Assembly: GCA_023819035.1 (NCBI GenBank)
Contig: JAMWCL010000001.1
Coordinates: 66,441 to 130,440, forward strand
Reading direction: 5' to 3'
DNA: 64,000 nt
Source: Candidatus Omnitrophota bacterium
Lineage (GTDB): Bacteria > Omnitrophota > Gorgyraeia > Gygaellales > Profunditerraquicolaceae
The notes beneath the pieces were generated by a model. It was not told where the DNA came from. It was given only the letters and a program-made list of their open reading frames with translations, and did no database searches. Each line of letters begins with the position of its first letter. Position 1 is the stretch's first letter. Positions 41,992 to 54,436 of the stretch are shown piece by piece. The position numbers were made by a program, and so were the translations under genes.

Positions 41992-42693
41992 TTAAACCTC
42001 TTTTTTATTTTTTAATAAATCCGGCCTTTTTTCTTGGGTTATCCTTACTGCCTGGGTTCTTCTCCAGGCCGCGATCTTTTTATGATCTCCTGATAAAAGC
42101 ACCTTAGGTACACACATATCTCGAAATCTTGCGGGTCGGGTATACTGAGGATATTCTAATAGACTATCCTGAAATGACTCAAAATTCAAGGAATTTTTAT
42201 CACCCAATACACCGGGAATAAGACGGACTACACAATCAACCAAGACCATCGCAGGTAACTCTCCTCCTGTAAGGATATAATCCCCGATAGAAATCTCCTC
42301 ATCCACAAGATATCTTCTTACCCGTTCATCTACTCCTTCATAATGACCGCAAATTAAAATTATATGTTTAAGTTTGGCTAACCTCTGGGCAATACCCTGA
42401 TCTAATCTTTGGCCTTGAGGAGAAAGTAGAATAACCTTTGTTTTAGCCCTTCTTGATAAATCCGAAAGAATACTCTCTACTGCCCTGAAGACTGGCTCAG
42501 GCCTCATTACCATACCCGAACCCCCACCAAATGGACGATCATCAACCTTTCTATGTTTATCTAAAGAATATTCTCTTAAATTATGAATATAGATTTTAAC
42601 CTTAGATTTTTCTTGTGCCCTTTTAATTATTGACTCGCCAAAAACCGCATCAAACATCTTAGGAAATATAGTAATAATATCAATACGCATCAT
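41992..42693 (-). CDS. trmD: tRNA (guanine37-N1)-methyltransferase
   Basis: [40 protein letters not shown]. Confidence 0.98.
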   Translation of the reverse strand: MMRIDIITIFPKMFDAVFGESIIKRAQEKSKVKIYIHNLREYSLDKHRKVDDRPFGGGSGMVMRPEPVFRAVESILSDLSRRAKTKVILLSPQGQRLDQGIAQRLAKLKHIILICGHYEGVDERVRRYLVDEEISIGDYILTGGELPAMVLVDCVVRLIPGVLGDKNSLNFESFQDSLLEYPQYTRPARFRDMCVPKVLLSGDHKKIAAWRRTQAVRITQEKRPDLLKNKKEV

Positions 42694-42695
42694 GG

Positions 42696-43835
<1,140 letters not shown>

Positions 43836-43868
43836 TTAAAAAAGATAGATAAAAAAGGAAAGGTTACT

Positions 43869-45365
43869 TTAAGAATCCTTCCTAAAGAAATCAGGGTTTT
43901 GCTCTAAAAGTTGAATAAAGACTTCTACCACATTAGGATCAAATTGCTTACCAATATTTTTTCTTAATTCCTCTTTAGCCTCTTCGATAGTAAGTGCTCG
44001 GGCATAAGGCCTTTCCGTAGTCATAGCATCGAAACTATCTACTACAGCAATTATACGTGCTTTTAAATCTATCTGATCCGCATTTAAACCATTAGGATAT
44101 CCTTGCCCATCATATCTTTCATGATGCTGTTGAATTAACTTAATCTCTTCCTTTAAAAAAGTTAAAGGCTTAAGCATCTCTACCGCCTTAACCGGATGAA
44201 GCCTTATCTCCTTCCATTCCTCCTCATTTAACTTCGCAGGTTTAGTAAGGATATAATCGTGGATACCAATCTTACCTAAGTCATGCAACTGACAAGCCAA
44301 TTTTATAATCTCTACTTCCGCCTTGGAAAGACCCATTGTCTCAGCCAGAAATACTGCATAACGCGTTACACGATCCGAGTGTCCTTTGGTATAATGGTCC
44401 TTAAGTTCAATGATCGAGGTAAGGGTAGAGATAACCTGCAGATAAAACCTTTCCAGACTGATATAGAGCTTGGCATTCTCAATGGCAATCGCTGCTTCTC
44501 CGGCAATACTTATAATTAACCTTAAATCTTCTTCATTAAATACTTGGCGGGAACGTTTATTATTTAGATTGATTACCCCGATCACCTTTTCTTTAAAAAC
44601 CAATGGCACGCTTATAAAAGAACCCGTATAGTATTTTTCCTCATTTTCCTTAGCAAAACGCGGATCCATTTCTATATTATCTACCAAAACCGGTATTTTA
44701 TTTTCAAAGACCCAACCCGAAATCTTATGCCCTATTTTTATCCGTGTATTCAAAATAATCTCCTCAGGTAAACCCTTTGCCGCAGCAATATAAAGTTCAT
44801 CTTTAGTTTCATCTAACAAAACAATGGAACATCTTTCTATTGCTAAAACATCACATATCCTTTCTACAAGCGTAAATAAGACCTCATCTAATTTTAAAGA
44901 AGAGGAAAGTTCTCTACCTATATCAAAAAGAAGGGTTAAATCGTTTGTCTTTTCTACTAACTTAAGCTCCATCTGAAAGAGTTTAAGGTTTTTTTCTACA
45001 ATATGTAAAAAATACTCTTGAGAAAAGGGCTTAAAGATATAATCATCTACATTAGCGATTTTTAACCTTAAGTATATATCTTCATTAAGGTTTTGATCAG
45101 AAAAAATCACGATGGTCTTAAGACCTTTTTTGCTCTCTTTAATAAGTCTAGATACCTCAATATTATCTCTGCCATCAGAAAGATTTACATCTGTTACTAC
45201 CAGATTAAAATACCTATTCTTAACTAAATCTATTGCTTCCTGTCCGCTTCGGGTGGTTACTACCTCATAACCCTCTCTTTGCAAAACCTCAGTTAAAGAT
45301 TTAAACATTATCTCATCACTACCAACCAAAAGAATGCTAAATTTATCTTTTGCAATATCATCCAT
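43869..45365 (-). CDS. REC-GAF-HD-GYP cyclic-dinucleotide phosphodiesterase
   Basis: Receiver domain (VVTDVNL, FKPF), GAF domain, then GHSDRV, HDLGK, HHERYDGQGYP, DSFDAMTTERPY. Confidence 0.92.
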   Translation of the reverse strand: MDDIAKDKFSILLVGSDEIMFKSLTEVLQREGYEVVTTRSGQEAIDLVKNRYFNLVVTDVNLSDGRDNIEVSRLIKESKKGLKTIVIFSDQNLNEDIYLRLKIANVDDYIFKPFSQEYFLHIVEKNLKLFQMELKLVEKTNDLTLLFDIGRELSSSLKLDEVLFTLVERICDVLAIERCSIVLLDETKDELYIAAAKGLPEEIILNTRIKIGHKISGWVFENKIPVLVDNIEMDPRFAKENEEKYYTGSFISVPLVFKEKVIGVINLNNKRSRQVFNEEDLRLIISIAGEAAIAIENAKLYISLERFYLQVISTLTSIIELKDHYTKGHSDRVTRYAVFLAETMGLSKAEVEIIKLACQLHDLGKIGIHDYILTKPAKLNEEEWKEIRLHPVKAVEMLKPLTFLKEEIKLIQQHHERYDGQGYPNGLNADQIDLKARIIAVVDSFDAMTTERPYARALTIEEAKEELRKNIGKQFDPNVVEVFIQLLEQNPDFFRKDS

Positions 45366-45392
45366 ACTTATTCTCCTTATTATACTTATAAC

Positions 45393-45421
45393 ATTTTAAC
45401 AAAAGCTAATTATTTCTGCAA
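45393..45421 (-). promoter_or_regulatory. Putative promoter for HD-GYP-tgt-trmD-rplS
   Basis: TTGCAG, 17 nt spacer, extended -10 TGTTAAAAT; SD AAGGAG at 45378-45373. Confidence 0.55.
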
Positions 45422-45532
45422 GAAAAATTAAAATAAAGTTAAAGTATGCGACCTTTTGTTCCTTCTACATTAGGAAGACATCCTGCTTATTTATTTGGTA
45501 AAATCAAAAGTATAAAAGAATTTTACATTATC

Positions 45533-46522
45533 TTAAATTATAAGCATAGCATCTCCATAACTATAAAAGCGATATCTCTTATCTATCGCCTCCTGATATG
45601 CTTTTTTAATAAGTTCTATCCCCGCGAAGGCACAGACTAACATAAAAAGGGTTGTGCGCGGAAGATGAAAATTGGTAATCAAACAATCAACTAACCTAAA
45701 TTGGTATCCCGGATAAATAAATAGGTCTGTATAACCTTCTTTAATCCCTAAGGAATAGCTTTCTAAGGCTCTTAAGGTAGTAGTTCCTACCGCAAAGATG
45801 CGTTTTTTATTGAAGTTTGTTTCTCTAATTAATTTTATAGTTGATTCGGGAATAGAAAAATATTCTTTATCTATTTTATGCTGAGTGATATCTTCTATTC
45901 TTACTGGCCTAAAAGTACCATAACTTATATGTAAGGTAAGATAGGCTATATTCACCTTTAAATTAATCTGTCTTATTAATCTGTGATTAAAGTGAAGTCC
46001 GGCGGTAGGAGCAGCGATTGATCCAGGATTTTTAGCATAAACGGTTTGATAGTAAATCTCATCAAGCTTCGTGGGTTGTCTTTTTATATACGGCGGTAAG
46101 GGCATCCTGCCTGCTTTATAAATCTGCTGGATATCTTTAGCTAAAAAGGTAATCTGATCCTTTGCAGTTAATATCCCCTCCAGCCTACCATTATCAAAGA
46201 TTAATCTTTCATTAATTCTTACACGTTTAGGTTTAATAAGCACATCAAATATTAAATCCTCTTTTTTTGTTAAAAGTAAGACTTCCACCTTTGCCCCGCT
46301 AGGCCGTCTTCCTACTAAACGTACCGGCAAAACCTTAGTATCATTTAAAACCAGAAGGTCTCCTTCTTGAAAATACTCGGGTAGATCTTTAAAGAGGCGG
46401 TGCTCTATCCTTTTTTCTTTACGATTTAAAACCAATAAGCGGGCAGTTATGCGTCTCCTTAAGGGATACTGAGCAATAAGCTCCTTAGGTAAAGAGTAAT
46501 CAAAATCGGATAGTCTGTACAT
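45533..46522 (-). CDS. queA: SAM:tRNA ribosyltransferase-isomerase
   Basis: DFDYSLPKELIAQ, PLPPYI, YQTVYA, AAPTAGLHF, TNFHLP, YRFYSYGDAM. Confidence 0.97.
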   Translation of the reverse strand: MYRLSDFDYSLPKELIAQYPLRRRITARLLVLNRKEKRIEHRLFKDLPEYFQEGDLLVLNDTKVLPVRLVGRRPSGAKVEVLLLTKKEDLIFDVLIKPKRVRINERLIFDNGRLEGILTAKDQITFLAKDIQQIYKAGRMPLPPYIKRQPTKLDEIYYQTVYAKNPGSIAAPTAGLHFNHRLIRQINLKVNIAYLTLHISYGTFRPVRIEDITQHKIDKEYFSIPESTIKLIRETNFNKKRIFAVGTTTLRALESYSLGIKEGYTDLFIYPGYQFRLVDCLITNFHLPRTTLFMLVCAFAGIELIKKAYQEAIDKRYRFYSYGDAMLII

Positions 46523-47654
46523 CTGTACCTGGATAATAATATCTAAGAATCTCTAAAAAACTATAACCTTGCTTAGCCATAAAATATGCTCCCCATTGAC
46601 ACATACCCACCCCATGCCCCCAACCCCTTCCTTCAAATACTACATCACGGTTTATAATCTTAAAATTAAAATTTGTGCTTTTTATAATATCAGGACCAAG
46701 GATAATTCTTAAATCCTTGGCCAAGATTTCTTTTTTTTCTTCTTTAGTTAATATTGCTAAATTATTTATCCGACCAGAAGAACTTCTTTGTAAGACTGAA
46801 ATATCCACTATTTCTTTTATATTATAACCTGCTTGATTCAATTTTTTTCTAATCTCGTTTAAAGATAATACCGCATGCCACTTAAAATGCGGAGATTCCT
46901 TACAGAAATTACAATTTATCCCCTTAAGTGGAAAAATATCTATATTCCAAACTAAAGAGGCATCTTCGGTTTTACCTCCGCAGGTAGCATGATAATAGGC
47001 AGGAAGGAGCCTACCATTATAAGTAAGCACCATCCCTTTAGTCTCTTCAACCGCCCTATTTGTACGCAGACGTTCAGATGTTCTACCACCGTAAATCTGA
47101 GAATAAACATCGCAGGTAACATCAAAATCTTGAAGTTTATTTTCTTCTCTCTTATAAAGGGCAAAACTTCGACAGGCTATGGCTTGTGCCTTTAGTGCTT
47201 CCTGTGGCCAATAGTGAGAAACCTCATGATAAAGGATACCTTTAATGTAGTCCTCTAATTCAATATGGTTTACTACTAAAAGGCGACCGTAATGGTTAAT
47301 TATTAACTCAATACTACCTCTAAAGTTACGACCGTTAATAAAGATAGCTTCTTTATCATCTGGTTTAATTAAAAGACGTTCTAAATTAAAATTTATATTA
47401 CCTAAAAGAATCCTTTTTTTATCGGTGAGTGCTGTGGTCTTTAAATCTCTGTCGCGGATTAAGAGTCTATCTGTTTTAGGATCCTTAATCTCGTAAAATC
47501 CTTTTACCTTAATGGTTACCGATGTAATATCCTGAATAATTGCTACGCGAATCAAAGGATAAGACTCAGCATAACTAAAAAAAATAGGAGAATAAAAAAT
47601 AATGATAAAAACAACAGACAAAATTACCTTTTTTAGATTTAACGTCGAGACCAT
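46500..47654 (-). CDS. SpoIID/LytB-family lytic transglycosylase
   Basis: LEDYIKGIL..E, EALKAQAIACRS, SQIYGG, YHATCGG, GWGHGVGMCQWGA. Confidence 0.92.
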   Translation of the reverse strand: MVSTLNLKKVILSVVFIIIFYSPIFFSYAESYPLIRVAIIQDITSVTIKVKGFYEIKDPKTDRLLIRDRDLKTTALTDKKRILLGNINFNLERLLIKPDDKEAIFINGRNFRGSIELIINHYGRLLVVNHIELEDYIKGILYHEVSHYWPQEALKAQAIACRSFALYKREENKLQDFDVTCDVYSQIYGGRTSERLRTNRAVEETKGMVLTYNGRLLPAYYHATCGGKTEDASLVWNIDIFPLKGINCNFCKESPHFKWHAVLSLNEIRKKLNQAGYNIKEIVDISVLQRSSSGRINNLAILTKEEKKEILAKDLRIILGPDIIKSTNFNFKIINRDVVFEGRGWGHGVGMCQWGAYFMAKQGYSFLEILRYYYPGTDVQTIRF

Positions 47655-47854
47655 AACCAGAGGATTAACGAAAGCAAGATACTAATTAATAGGGAGGTGG
47701 AAAGAGGAAAGTAAAAAATAAAATTTTTTTTCCGGATTAAGATATCTCCGGGAAGTCTGCCTAAAAAAGGAATCTTATGAGCAACCAGAAATAATAATCC
47801 CAAAAAAATCAGAATAACCCCAAAGATAATTAATGTTTTTCCGATACCCGGCAT
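47639..47854 (-). CDS. DUF2905 small membrane protein
   Basis: GKTLIIFG..LGRLPGDI..FYFPLSTSLLIS; likely start ATG at 47854. Confidence 0.88.
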   Translation of the reverse strand: MPGIGKTLIIFGVILIFLGLLFLVAHKIPFLGRLPGDILIRKKNFIFYFPLSTSLLISILLSLILWLWSRR

Positions 47855-48375
47855 TGCTCTTTTTTTGAATATATACATCCACAATATCTCTGACAGTAGA
47901 TACCTTTTTGTTTTGCTTTACGCTGGGCATCTCTAAAGCCTGTGCGAAAATCCTCATAGTAAAACTTAATCCCTACCTCTTTAGCAATATCGTAACCGAT
48001 CTTTTTTAATAAATCGTGATCCTGATAAGGGCTAACTAACAAAGTGGTAGAGAAATAATCAAAATTATTAGCTTTTGCTTCAAGGGCTGTTCTCTTTAAT
48101 CTAAGGTCCCAACAGATAAGGCATCTTTTAGAAGAAGATCTCTTAAGACCAACTCTTTGAAAAAATTCACCAGGTCTATAGGAAGGATAGATAACCTTTA
48201 AATTCATCTGCTGAGCAAAATCCTCTAAAGCCATTTTTCTATTATTAAATTCTCCTAAGGGATGAATGTTGGGATTATAGAAAAACCCAACCAGGGTAAA
48301 TTTTTTTTGGGTTAGGGATTCTAAAGGATATATAAGACAGGGAGCGCAACAGATATGAAGGAATAACCTTTCCAT
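47830..48375 (-). CDS. queH: Epoxyqueuosine reductase QueH
   Basis: LHICCAPC, FYNPNIHP, CLIC..RL, TTLLVSPYQ, QRYCGCIYS. Confidence 0.92.
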   Translation of the reverse strand: MERLFLHICCAPCLIYPLESLTQKKFTLVGFFYNPNIHPLGEFNNRKMALEDFAQQMNLKVIYPSYRPGEFFQRVGLKRSSSKRCLICWDLRLKRTALEAKANNFDYFSTTLLVSPYQDHDLLKKIGYDIAKEVGIKFYYEDFRTGFRDAQRKAKQKGIYCQRYCGCIYSKKEQCRVSEKH

Positions 48376-48383
48376 CAATAAAC

Positions 48384-49433
48384 CTAAAATAGTTCAGCCT
48401 GTTTTTCGTATTTTATACCGAAGTGTTCAAAGGCTAAACGAGTAGCCACCCGGCCGCGTGAAGTTCTTCTTAGATAACCCGCTTTTAAAAGATATGGCTC
48501 AATCGTATCTACAATCGTATCTACCTCCTCATTTAAGCTGGCAGCTAAAGACTCAATCCCGACCGGACCTCCTTCAAATGATTCTAAAAGTGTCTTTAAA
48601 ACCTTGCGATCAATCTCATCTAATCCTGCTTTATCAATTCCTAACTCATCTAAACTCTTAACCGCTACCTCCAAGGTAATCTTATTAAGTCTGGCTACTT
48701 GGGCATAATCACGGATCCTTCGCAGGAGTCGATTGGCAATACGCGGTGTACCCCGTGCACGCTGAGCTATCTCCTGCGCTGCTTCCTCCTGGATATCTAT
48801 ACCCAAGACCTTTGCGGAATGTTTAACAATCTTAGTTAATTCATCAACGCTGTAAAAATCCAAATGATAAAATATCCCGAATCGGTTCCTTAAAGGGCTG
48901 GCTAATAATCCTACCCGCGTAGTTGCTCCCACTAAGGTAAATGGCTTAAGATTAAATTTAATCGTTTTGGCGTAAGGTCCTTTATCAATTACAAAATCGA
49001 TTTGAAAGCTTTCCATTGCCGGATAAAGAAACTCCTCTACCACTTTCGAAAGGCGATGAATTTCATCAATAAATAAAACATCGCCTTTTTCTAAGTTGGT
49101 TAATATTCCAATTAAATCCCCTGCCCGTTCAATCGCCGGACCCGAGGTAGCAGTAATCTTTGCACCCATCTCATGAGCAATAATATGGGCAAGAGAGGTT
49201 TTTCCCAAACCGGGTGGACCGGAGAGTAAAACATGCTCCAAGGGTTCTTTTCTCTGTTTTGCCGCAGCTAAACAGATTTTAAGATTCTCTACAATATCGG
49301 GCTGACCAACAAATTCAGATAAACGGGTCGGTCTTAAAGAGATATTTAAAACAATCTCCTCTTCGGATTCCTCAGTATGATCAAGGATGGGTTTATCAGT
49401 TTTTAGGAGTATCTTTCTTTGTTCTTTCTTCAT
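48384..49433 (-). CDS. ruvB: Holliday junction branch migration helicase RuvB
   Basis: LRP..EFVGQ, GPPGLGKT, FIDEIHRL, ATTR, RGTPRIANRLL, EPYL. Confidence 0.98.
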   Translation of the reverse strand: MKKEQRKILLKTDKPILDHTEESEEEIVLNISLRPTRLSEFVGQPDIVENLKICLAAAKQRKEPLEHVLLSGPPGLGKTSLAHIIAHEMGAKITATSGPAIERAGDLIGILTNLEKGDVLFIDEIHRLSKVVEEFLYPAMESFQIDFVIDKGPYAKTIKFNLKPFTLVGATTRVGLLASPLRNRFGIFYHLDFYSVDELTKIVKHSAKVLGIDIQEEAAQEIAQRARGTPRIANRLLRRIRDYAQVARLNKITLEVAVKSLDELGIDKAGLDEIDRKVLKTLLESFEGGPVGIESLAASLNEEVDTIVDTIEPYLLKAGYLRRTSRGRVATRLAFEHFGIKYEKQAELF

Positions 49434-50169
49434 AAGGAATTATATTGTTTTTATTTCGGGTAATCAGTATCTCCTGAAATAATCCCTTTTGATAAGCAAT
49501 AATCTCTTTTAAACGGATTAACTCTAATATGGCAAGAAAAATTACAATTATCTCTATCTTATTTTTTGCCTTATTAAATAACTCACTAATGCTTACCGAT
49601 GTCCTAACTAAAAGAAGGTGTAAGATATCATGAATCTTTTCTTCTATAGTAAATTCATCCTTAACCACCTCATAGAACAACTCCTTAGAAATCTCTTTTA
49701 AGGCTTTGGAGAAGGCGTCAATCAAATCAAAGATACTTGCCTCAAAATAAACCTCCTCTTCCTCCTTAAACAACCCCTCTTTATCAACCAAGGCAGTAGG
49801 ACGCCTGAATACCTGCTGTTGATTAGCCTCTCTTTCCTTAAAATTATTAGCGATCTCTTTAAACCTTTCATATTCTAATAATCTTTTCACCAACTCCGCA
49901 CGAGGATCCTCTTCAGTTTGAACCAAAGTCTGCATCTCATCAGGAGGTAGAAGCATCCTTGACTTTATCTCCATTAAGGTAGCAGCCATTACCAAGAATT
50001 CTCCTGCAATATTTAAGTCAAGTAGTTGCATTAAGTTTAAATATTGCATATATTGCTCAGTAACCTCAGCTATAGGGATATCGTAGATATTGAGATGATT
50101 CTTCTTTACTAAATAAAGTAATAAATCTAAAGGTCCTTCAAAAATCTCTAATTTTATCTTATAAGCCAT
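49396..50169 (-). CDS. scpA: Segregation and condensation protein A
   Basis: FEGPLDLLLYL, EFLVMAATL.EIKSRMLLP, FLAILEL. Confidence 0.95.
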   Translation of the reverse strand: MAYKIKLEIFEGPLDLLLYLVKKNHLNIYDIPIAEVTEQYMQYLNLMQLLDLNIAGEFLVMAATLMEIKSRMLLPPDEMQTLVQTEEDPRAELVKRLLEYERFKEIANNFKEREANQQQVFRRPTALVDKEGLFKEEEEVYFEASIFDLIDAFSKALKEISKELFYEVVKDEFTIEEKIHDILHLLLVRTSVSISELFNKAKNKIEIIVIFLAILELIRLKEIIAYQKGLFQEILITRNKNNIIPYEERTKKDTPKN

Positions 50170-51151
50170 ATTTTATCTTAAGCAAACCCCTCACCTCATT
50201 GATTGTCTTAGAGGCCACCAGGGTTGCCTTCTTTCTTCCTTCTTCTAGAATATCAAATATATGCTTTTTATTTTTACTAAGTTGGTGTCTCTTTTCTTGA
50301 TAAGGACCTAAAAAATCCGCGATTATCTTACCGAGTTGCTTTTTACATTCAGTACAACCTATCTTTGCCTTCCGACAGAGCTCTTCAATTTCATTCTTTT
50401 TTTGTCCGGCAAAGATGGTATAATAACTAAAGACATTACAGGCCTGCGGATGCCCCGCATCAGCAAGCCTTATCCTTGTAGGGTCAGTAAACATACCTGC
50501 TACCTTTTTAAGGATCTCCTCGGAAGAATCAGAGAGGGCAATATAGTTATTGTAGCTTTTGCTCATCTTACGGCCGTCTAAACCTAAAAGCCTGCTTGTC
50601 TTAGTAAGGATTGCCTGGGGTGAAGGAAAGAGCTCTTTCTTGTAAAGGTGATTAAACTTCTTAGCAATCTGCCGGGTTAATTCTAAGTGAGGAAGCTGAT
50701 CCTCACCTACCGGAACAGCCTCAGCTTTATAAAGAAGGATATCCGCTGCCTGAAGAACAGGATAACCTAAAAAACCATAGGTGCTTATATCTCGATCAGT
50801 TACCTGACGAAGCTGTTCTTTATAGGTAGGACAGCGTTCAAGCAGACCCAAGGGAGTAATCAAGGAAAAAAACATATATAACTCTAAATGTTCCTTTACC
50901 TGGGATTGAATAAATATAGTCGACTTTGCAGGCGAGATCCCAAAGGCAAGCCAGTCTAAAACATTATCTAAGATATATTCTTTAATATTTTTTGGATCCG
51001 CATACTCTGACATCAGAGCATGCCAATCCGCAACCATATAGAAGCACTCATATTCATCTTGAAGACTTACCCAGTTATCCAAGGTGCCCACAAGATGACC
51101 GAGATGCAATCTTCCGGTTGGTCGCATTCCGCTAAGGATTCTTTTCTTCAT
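50159..51151 (-). CDS. trpS: Tryptophan--tRNA ligase
   Basis: SGMRPTGRLHLGH, YPVLQAADIL, VPVGEDQ, KMSKS. Confidence 0.98.
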   Translation of the reverse strand: MKKRILSGMRPTGRLHLGHLVGTLDNWVSLQDEYECFYMVADWHALMSEYADPKNIKEYILDNVLDWLAFGISPAKSTIFIQSQVKEHLELYMFFSLITPLGLLERCPTYKEQLRQVTDRDISTYGFLGYPVLQAADILLYKAEAVPVGEDQLPHLELTRQIAKKFNHLYKKELFPSPQAILTKTSRLLGLDGRKMSKSYNNYIALSDSSEEILKKVAGMFTDPTRIRLADAGHPQACNVFSYYTIFAGQKKNEIEELCRKAKIGCTECKKQLGKIIADFLGPYQEKRHQLSKNKKHIFDILEEGRKKATLVASKTINEVRGLLKIKYGL

Positions 51152-53241
51152 AGCTTTCTGGCAATCTTTTCTATTTGATAAGCCTCAATAATATCGCCCT
51201 CGCGAATATCTTCAAATCCAGAAAAAGTCATCCCGCATTCAAAACCTTCTACAACCTCTCTTACATCATCTTTAAACCGCTTCAAAGAAGAAAGGCTTCC
51301 CTCAAAAATAATCTGACCATTTCTAACCAAACTTACCAAAGCATTACGCGTAATCTTTCCTTTATTGACAAAACAACCTGCTACTGTGCCTGCCCGAGAT
51401 AGCTTAAAAACCCTTTTAATCTCTGCTCTACCCAAAAATACTTTTTTTAATTTTGGTTCAAGCATACCTTCTAAGGCCTGCTTAATATCACTGGATAATT
51501 CGTAGATAACATTATAAGTCCTCACATCCAAACCTTCCCTGGCGATTATCGGTTTAGCAAGGTCATCTACAGTTACATTGAATCCTAAGATAAGGGCATT
51601 AGAGGCTACTGCTAATATAGCATCCGAGGGATTTATACTTCCGACACCCGCATGAATGATATCTAATTTTATCTCGGGGGTGCTTAATTTACTTAATACC
51701 TCTTTAATCGCTTCTAATGATCCGTGTACATCTGCCTTAATGATCAATTTTAATTCTTTAAGTTTGCCTTCCTTTATCTGGGTATAAAGCTCCTCAAGAT
51801 TTATTCTTTTTGGTGACCTTATCTGAGCAAGTTTCTCTTTTTCCTGTCTAAGTTTAGCCAATTCCTTGGCCTTATGTTCGTCTTCAATCACAAAGAACTC
51901 TTCTCCTGCCTCGGGGATACCTGAAATCCCCAATACCTCTGCAGGAAAAGAAGGACCTGCTTCAGTTACCGATTGGCTTCGATCATTAAACATCGCTCTT
52001 ATCTTACCATAATATTTACCTACCACGATATTATCATTTAAATGTAGGGTTCCATTTTGCACCAGAAGCGTACAGACCGGTCCTTTGCCCGGAGAAAGCT
52101 TAGCCTCAATCACCACTCCCTTGGCTAATCGATAAGGATTTGCCTTTAATTCTAACATCTGGGCTTCTAAAAGGATCATCTCTAACAGCTCATCAATACC
52201 TACTTGGGTTTTTGCGGAGACAGCCACCGTAATTGTTTTTCCACCCCAATCTTCCGGGGTAAGTCCCAATTCAGAAAGTTGCTTCTTTACTCGCTCAATA
52301 TTTGCCTGGGGTTTATCAATCTTATTTATCGCCACAATAATAGAAACATTTGCCGCCCGTGCATGATCTATCGCTTCGATAGTTTGAGGCATCACCCCAT
52401 CATCAGCAGCCACTACCAAAACTACAATATCAGTAATACGCGCTCCCCGCGCACGCATAGCAGTAAAGGCTTCATGGCCGGGGGTATCTAAAAAGGTGAT
52501 AATACCGTGGGGAAGACATACATGATAAGCACCGATATGCTGGGTGATTCCTCCGTATTCAGACTCCGCGATCTTAGTCTTCCTTATCGCATCTAAGAGT
52601 GAGGTCTTGCCGTGATCTACATGCCCCATAAGGGTCACCACCGGAGGTCTTGGCTTTAATAACTCCAAGGGATCGGGCTGATAATGGATATGTAAGAGCG
52701 TCTCTTCCTCTGTAGGTGCCCTTTTAATTCTAAAGCCCAATCTCTGGCCTAAGCTTGCTACTATCTGCTCCTCTAAAGCCTGATTTATATTAACCATCAA
52801 ACCCATATTTATTAAATTCTTAATTAATTCCGATGGTTTTTGTTGTAACTTAATGGCTAAATCTTTTACGGAGATAGGGAAATTTAATTCCAGCTCTTTA
52901 ACCTCAGGAATTACCTTAGGAGGGGTTGGCCTTTCTAAAACTGGTAAGGTCTCCTCTTTTTTAAGGATTATTTTTTGGGGTACTATTTTTTCTTCGGTTA
53001 ATTCAGATGAGGCTAAGACTTCACGGGCAGAGGTGGAAGATAAAACAGGGGTGGCGGATTCTTCTTTTTTAATCTCTGATCTTTTGCGCGCCGACCTTAT
53101 GGGCTTAATCTTCTTTAAAGCGGGTTCTAATTTTTTAGATTTTCGGGCTATTTTTGCTTGCGTAGATTTAACTACCTTTAGCTTCTTCTCCTTAGAAGAA
53201 CGGATTTTTCTCTGGTTTTGTTTTTTATCCTTCTTAATCAT
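51148..53241 (-). CDS. infB: Translation initiation factor IF-2
   Basis: [37 protein letters not shown]. Confidence 0.98.
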   Translation of the reverse strand: MIKKDKKQNQRKIRSSKEKKLKVVKSTQAKIARKSKKLEPALKKIKPIRSARKRSEIKKEESATPVLSSTSAREVLASSELTEEKIVPQKIILKKEETLPVLERPTPPKVIPEVKELELNFPISVKDLAIKLQQKPSELIKNLINMGLMVNINQALEEQIVASLGQRLGFRIKRAPTEEETLLHIHYQPDPLELLKPRPPVVTLMGHVDHGKTSLLDAIRKTKIAESEYGGITQHIGAYHVCLPHGIITFLDTPGHEAFTAMRARGARITDIVVLVVAADDGVMPQTIEAIDHARAANVSIIVAINKIDKPQANIERVKKQLSELGLTPEDWGGKTITVAVSAKTQVGIDELLEMILLEAQMLELKANPYRLAKGVVIEAKLSPGKGPVCTLLVQNGTLHLNDNIVVGKYYGKIRAMFNDRSQSVTEAGPSFPAEVLGISGIPEAGEEFFVIEDEHKAKELAKLRQEKEKLAQIRSPKRINLEELYTQIKEGKLKELKLIIKADVHGSLEAIKEVLSKLSTPEIKLDIIHAGVGSINPSDAILAVASNALILGFNVTVDDLAKPIIAREGLDVRTYNVIYELSSDIKQALEGMLEPKLKKVFLGRAEIKRVFKLSRAGTVAGCFVNKGKITRNALVSLVRNGQIIFEGSLSSLKRFKDDVREVVEGFECGMTFSGFEDIREGDIIEAYQIEKIARKL

Positions 53242-53244
53242 ATC

Positions 53245-54417
53245 TTATTGATCCTTAAATAACCTCCTGGCCTCCTCAATTATCTTCTTAGCCTTTGTCT
53301 CCTTAATCCCTTTTACCTTTATTAAATCTTTAACCCCTACCCTTAGAATATCCTGGATACTACTGAAACCTGCTTCTTTTAAATTAAGGGCAAGCTTCTT
53401 GCCCACCCCGGGTATTTGCTCTAAAGAAAAGAGCTGTTCCTTCTCTGCCCCTTCTTCTTTTAAAGGTAAAAGGCGAGAGGTCTCTTTTGTCCGAATATCT
53501 AATTCCCAACCAATAAGCTTAGAGGCCAATCTTACATTCTGACCATGTTTGCCAATGGCTAAAGAAAGTTGGTCCTCCTCAACGATCACCTCTGCCTTTT
53601 GGTTTTCTTTATCTAATCTTATCTCTGATACCTTAGCCGGAGAAAGGGCTGCTTTGATGTATTCCCTAATATCTTCATTATACCGTATAATATCGATCCT
53701 TTCGCCTTGTAATTCATTGACCACATTCCTTACCCGACTGCCCCGCATACCTATACAAGCACCCGCGGAATCAACCTTATCATTCTTAGAGTAAACTGCT
53801 ATCTTGGTACGCTCTCCCGGTAGACGGGAGATAGATTTTATCTCCACGATTCCCTCATAAATCTCCGGCACCTCTAACTCAAAAAGTTTCTTTATAAAAT
53901 TAGGGTGAGTACGCGATAAGATAATCTGAGGTCCCTTGGTATCTTTTTTTACTTCAAGTAAATATGCTTGGATACGCTGTCCTTGTTTAAATTCCTCCTT
54001 GGGGGATTGTTCCCTTTTTAAAAGTATCCCTTCAGCCTTACCTAAGAGATCAACAATTATATTATCGCGTTCAAACCGATAAACTGTACCGCTAACAATC
54101 TCACCTGTTTTTGCCTGAAATTCATTATAGATTACCTCTTTTTCTGCTTCACGAATCTTCTGAATAATTACTTGACGAGCAGTAGAGGCGGCGATCCGGC
54201 CAAAATCAATGGAGGTGATCTCCTTTTTATTCTTAAAGGCACGGATCTTACCCGTCTTAGAATCAAATTCTATCTCTAACTCCTCATTTGGCTTAAGGTC
54301 GATGACCTTCTTAGCTGCGCTTAAAAGTGCTGCCTTGATCGCTTCGATTAAAATCTCTTTTTTAATACCCTTTTCTCTCTCAATCTGTTCTATTATGGCA
54401 AGTAACTCTTCACCCAT
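53245..54417 (-). CDS. nusA: Transcription termination/antitermination factor NusA
   Basis: FGRIAA, LFELEVPEI, GACIGMRGSRV, LSLAIGKHGQNVRLA; C-terminal HhH. Confidence 0.97.
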   Translation of the reverse strand: MGEELLAIIEQIEREKGIKKEILIEAIKAALLSAAKKVIDLKPNEELEIEFDSKTGKIRAFKNKKEITSIDFGRIAASTARQVIIQKIREAEKEVIYNEFQAKTGEIVSGTVYRFERDNIIVDLLGKAEGILLKREQSPKEEFKQGQRIQAYLLEVKKDTKGPQIILSRTHPNFIKKLFELEVPEIYEGIVEIKSISRLPGERTKIAVYSKNDKVDSAGACIGMRGSRVRNVVNELQGERIDIIRYNEDIREYIKAALSPAKVSEIRLDKENQKAEVIVEEDQLSLAIGKHGQNVRLASKLIGWELDIRTKETSRLLPLKEEGAEKEQLFSLEQIPGVGKKLALNLKEAGFSSIQDILRVGVKDLIKVKGIKETKAKKIIEEARRLFKDQ

Positions 54418-54436
54418 GGTCTTTTTAAGGGGTTAA

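Noticed and set aside
45422-45532. Riboswitch (c-di-GMP or preQ1) between queA and the HD-GYP gene
   Set aside because: No recognisable consensus or stable stems by eye. An Rfam covariance search would be needed. The 64-aa plus-strand ORF here also lacks support.
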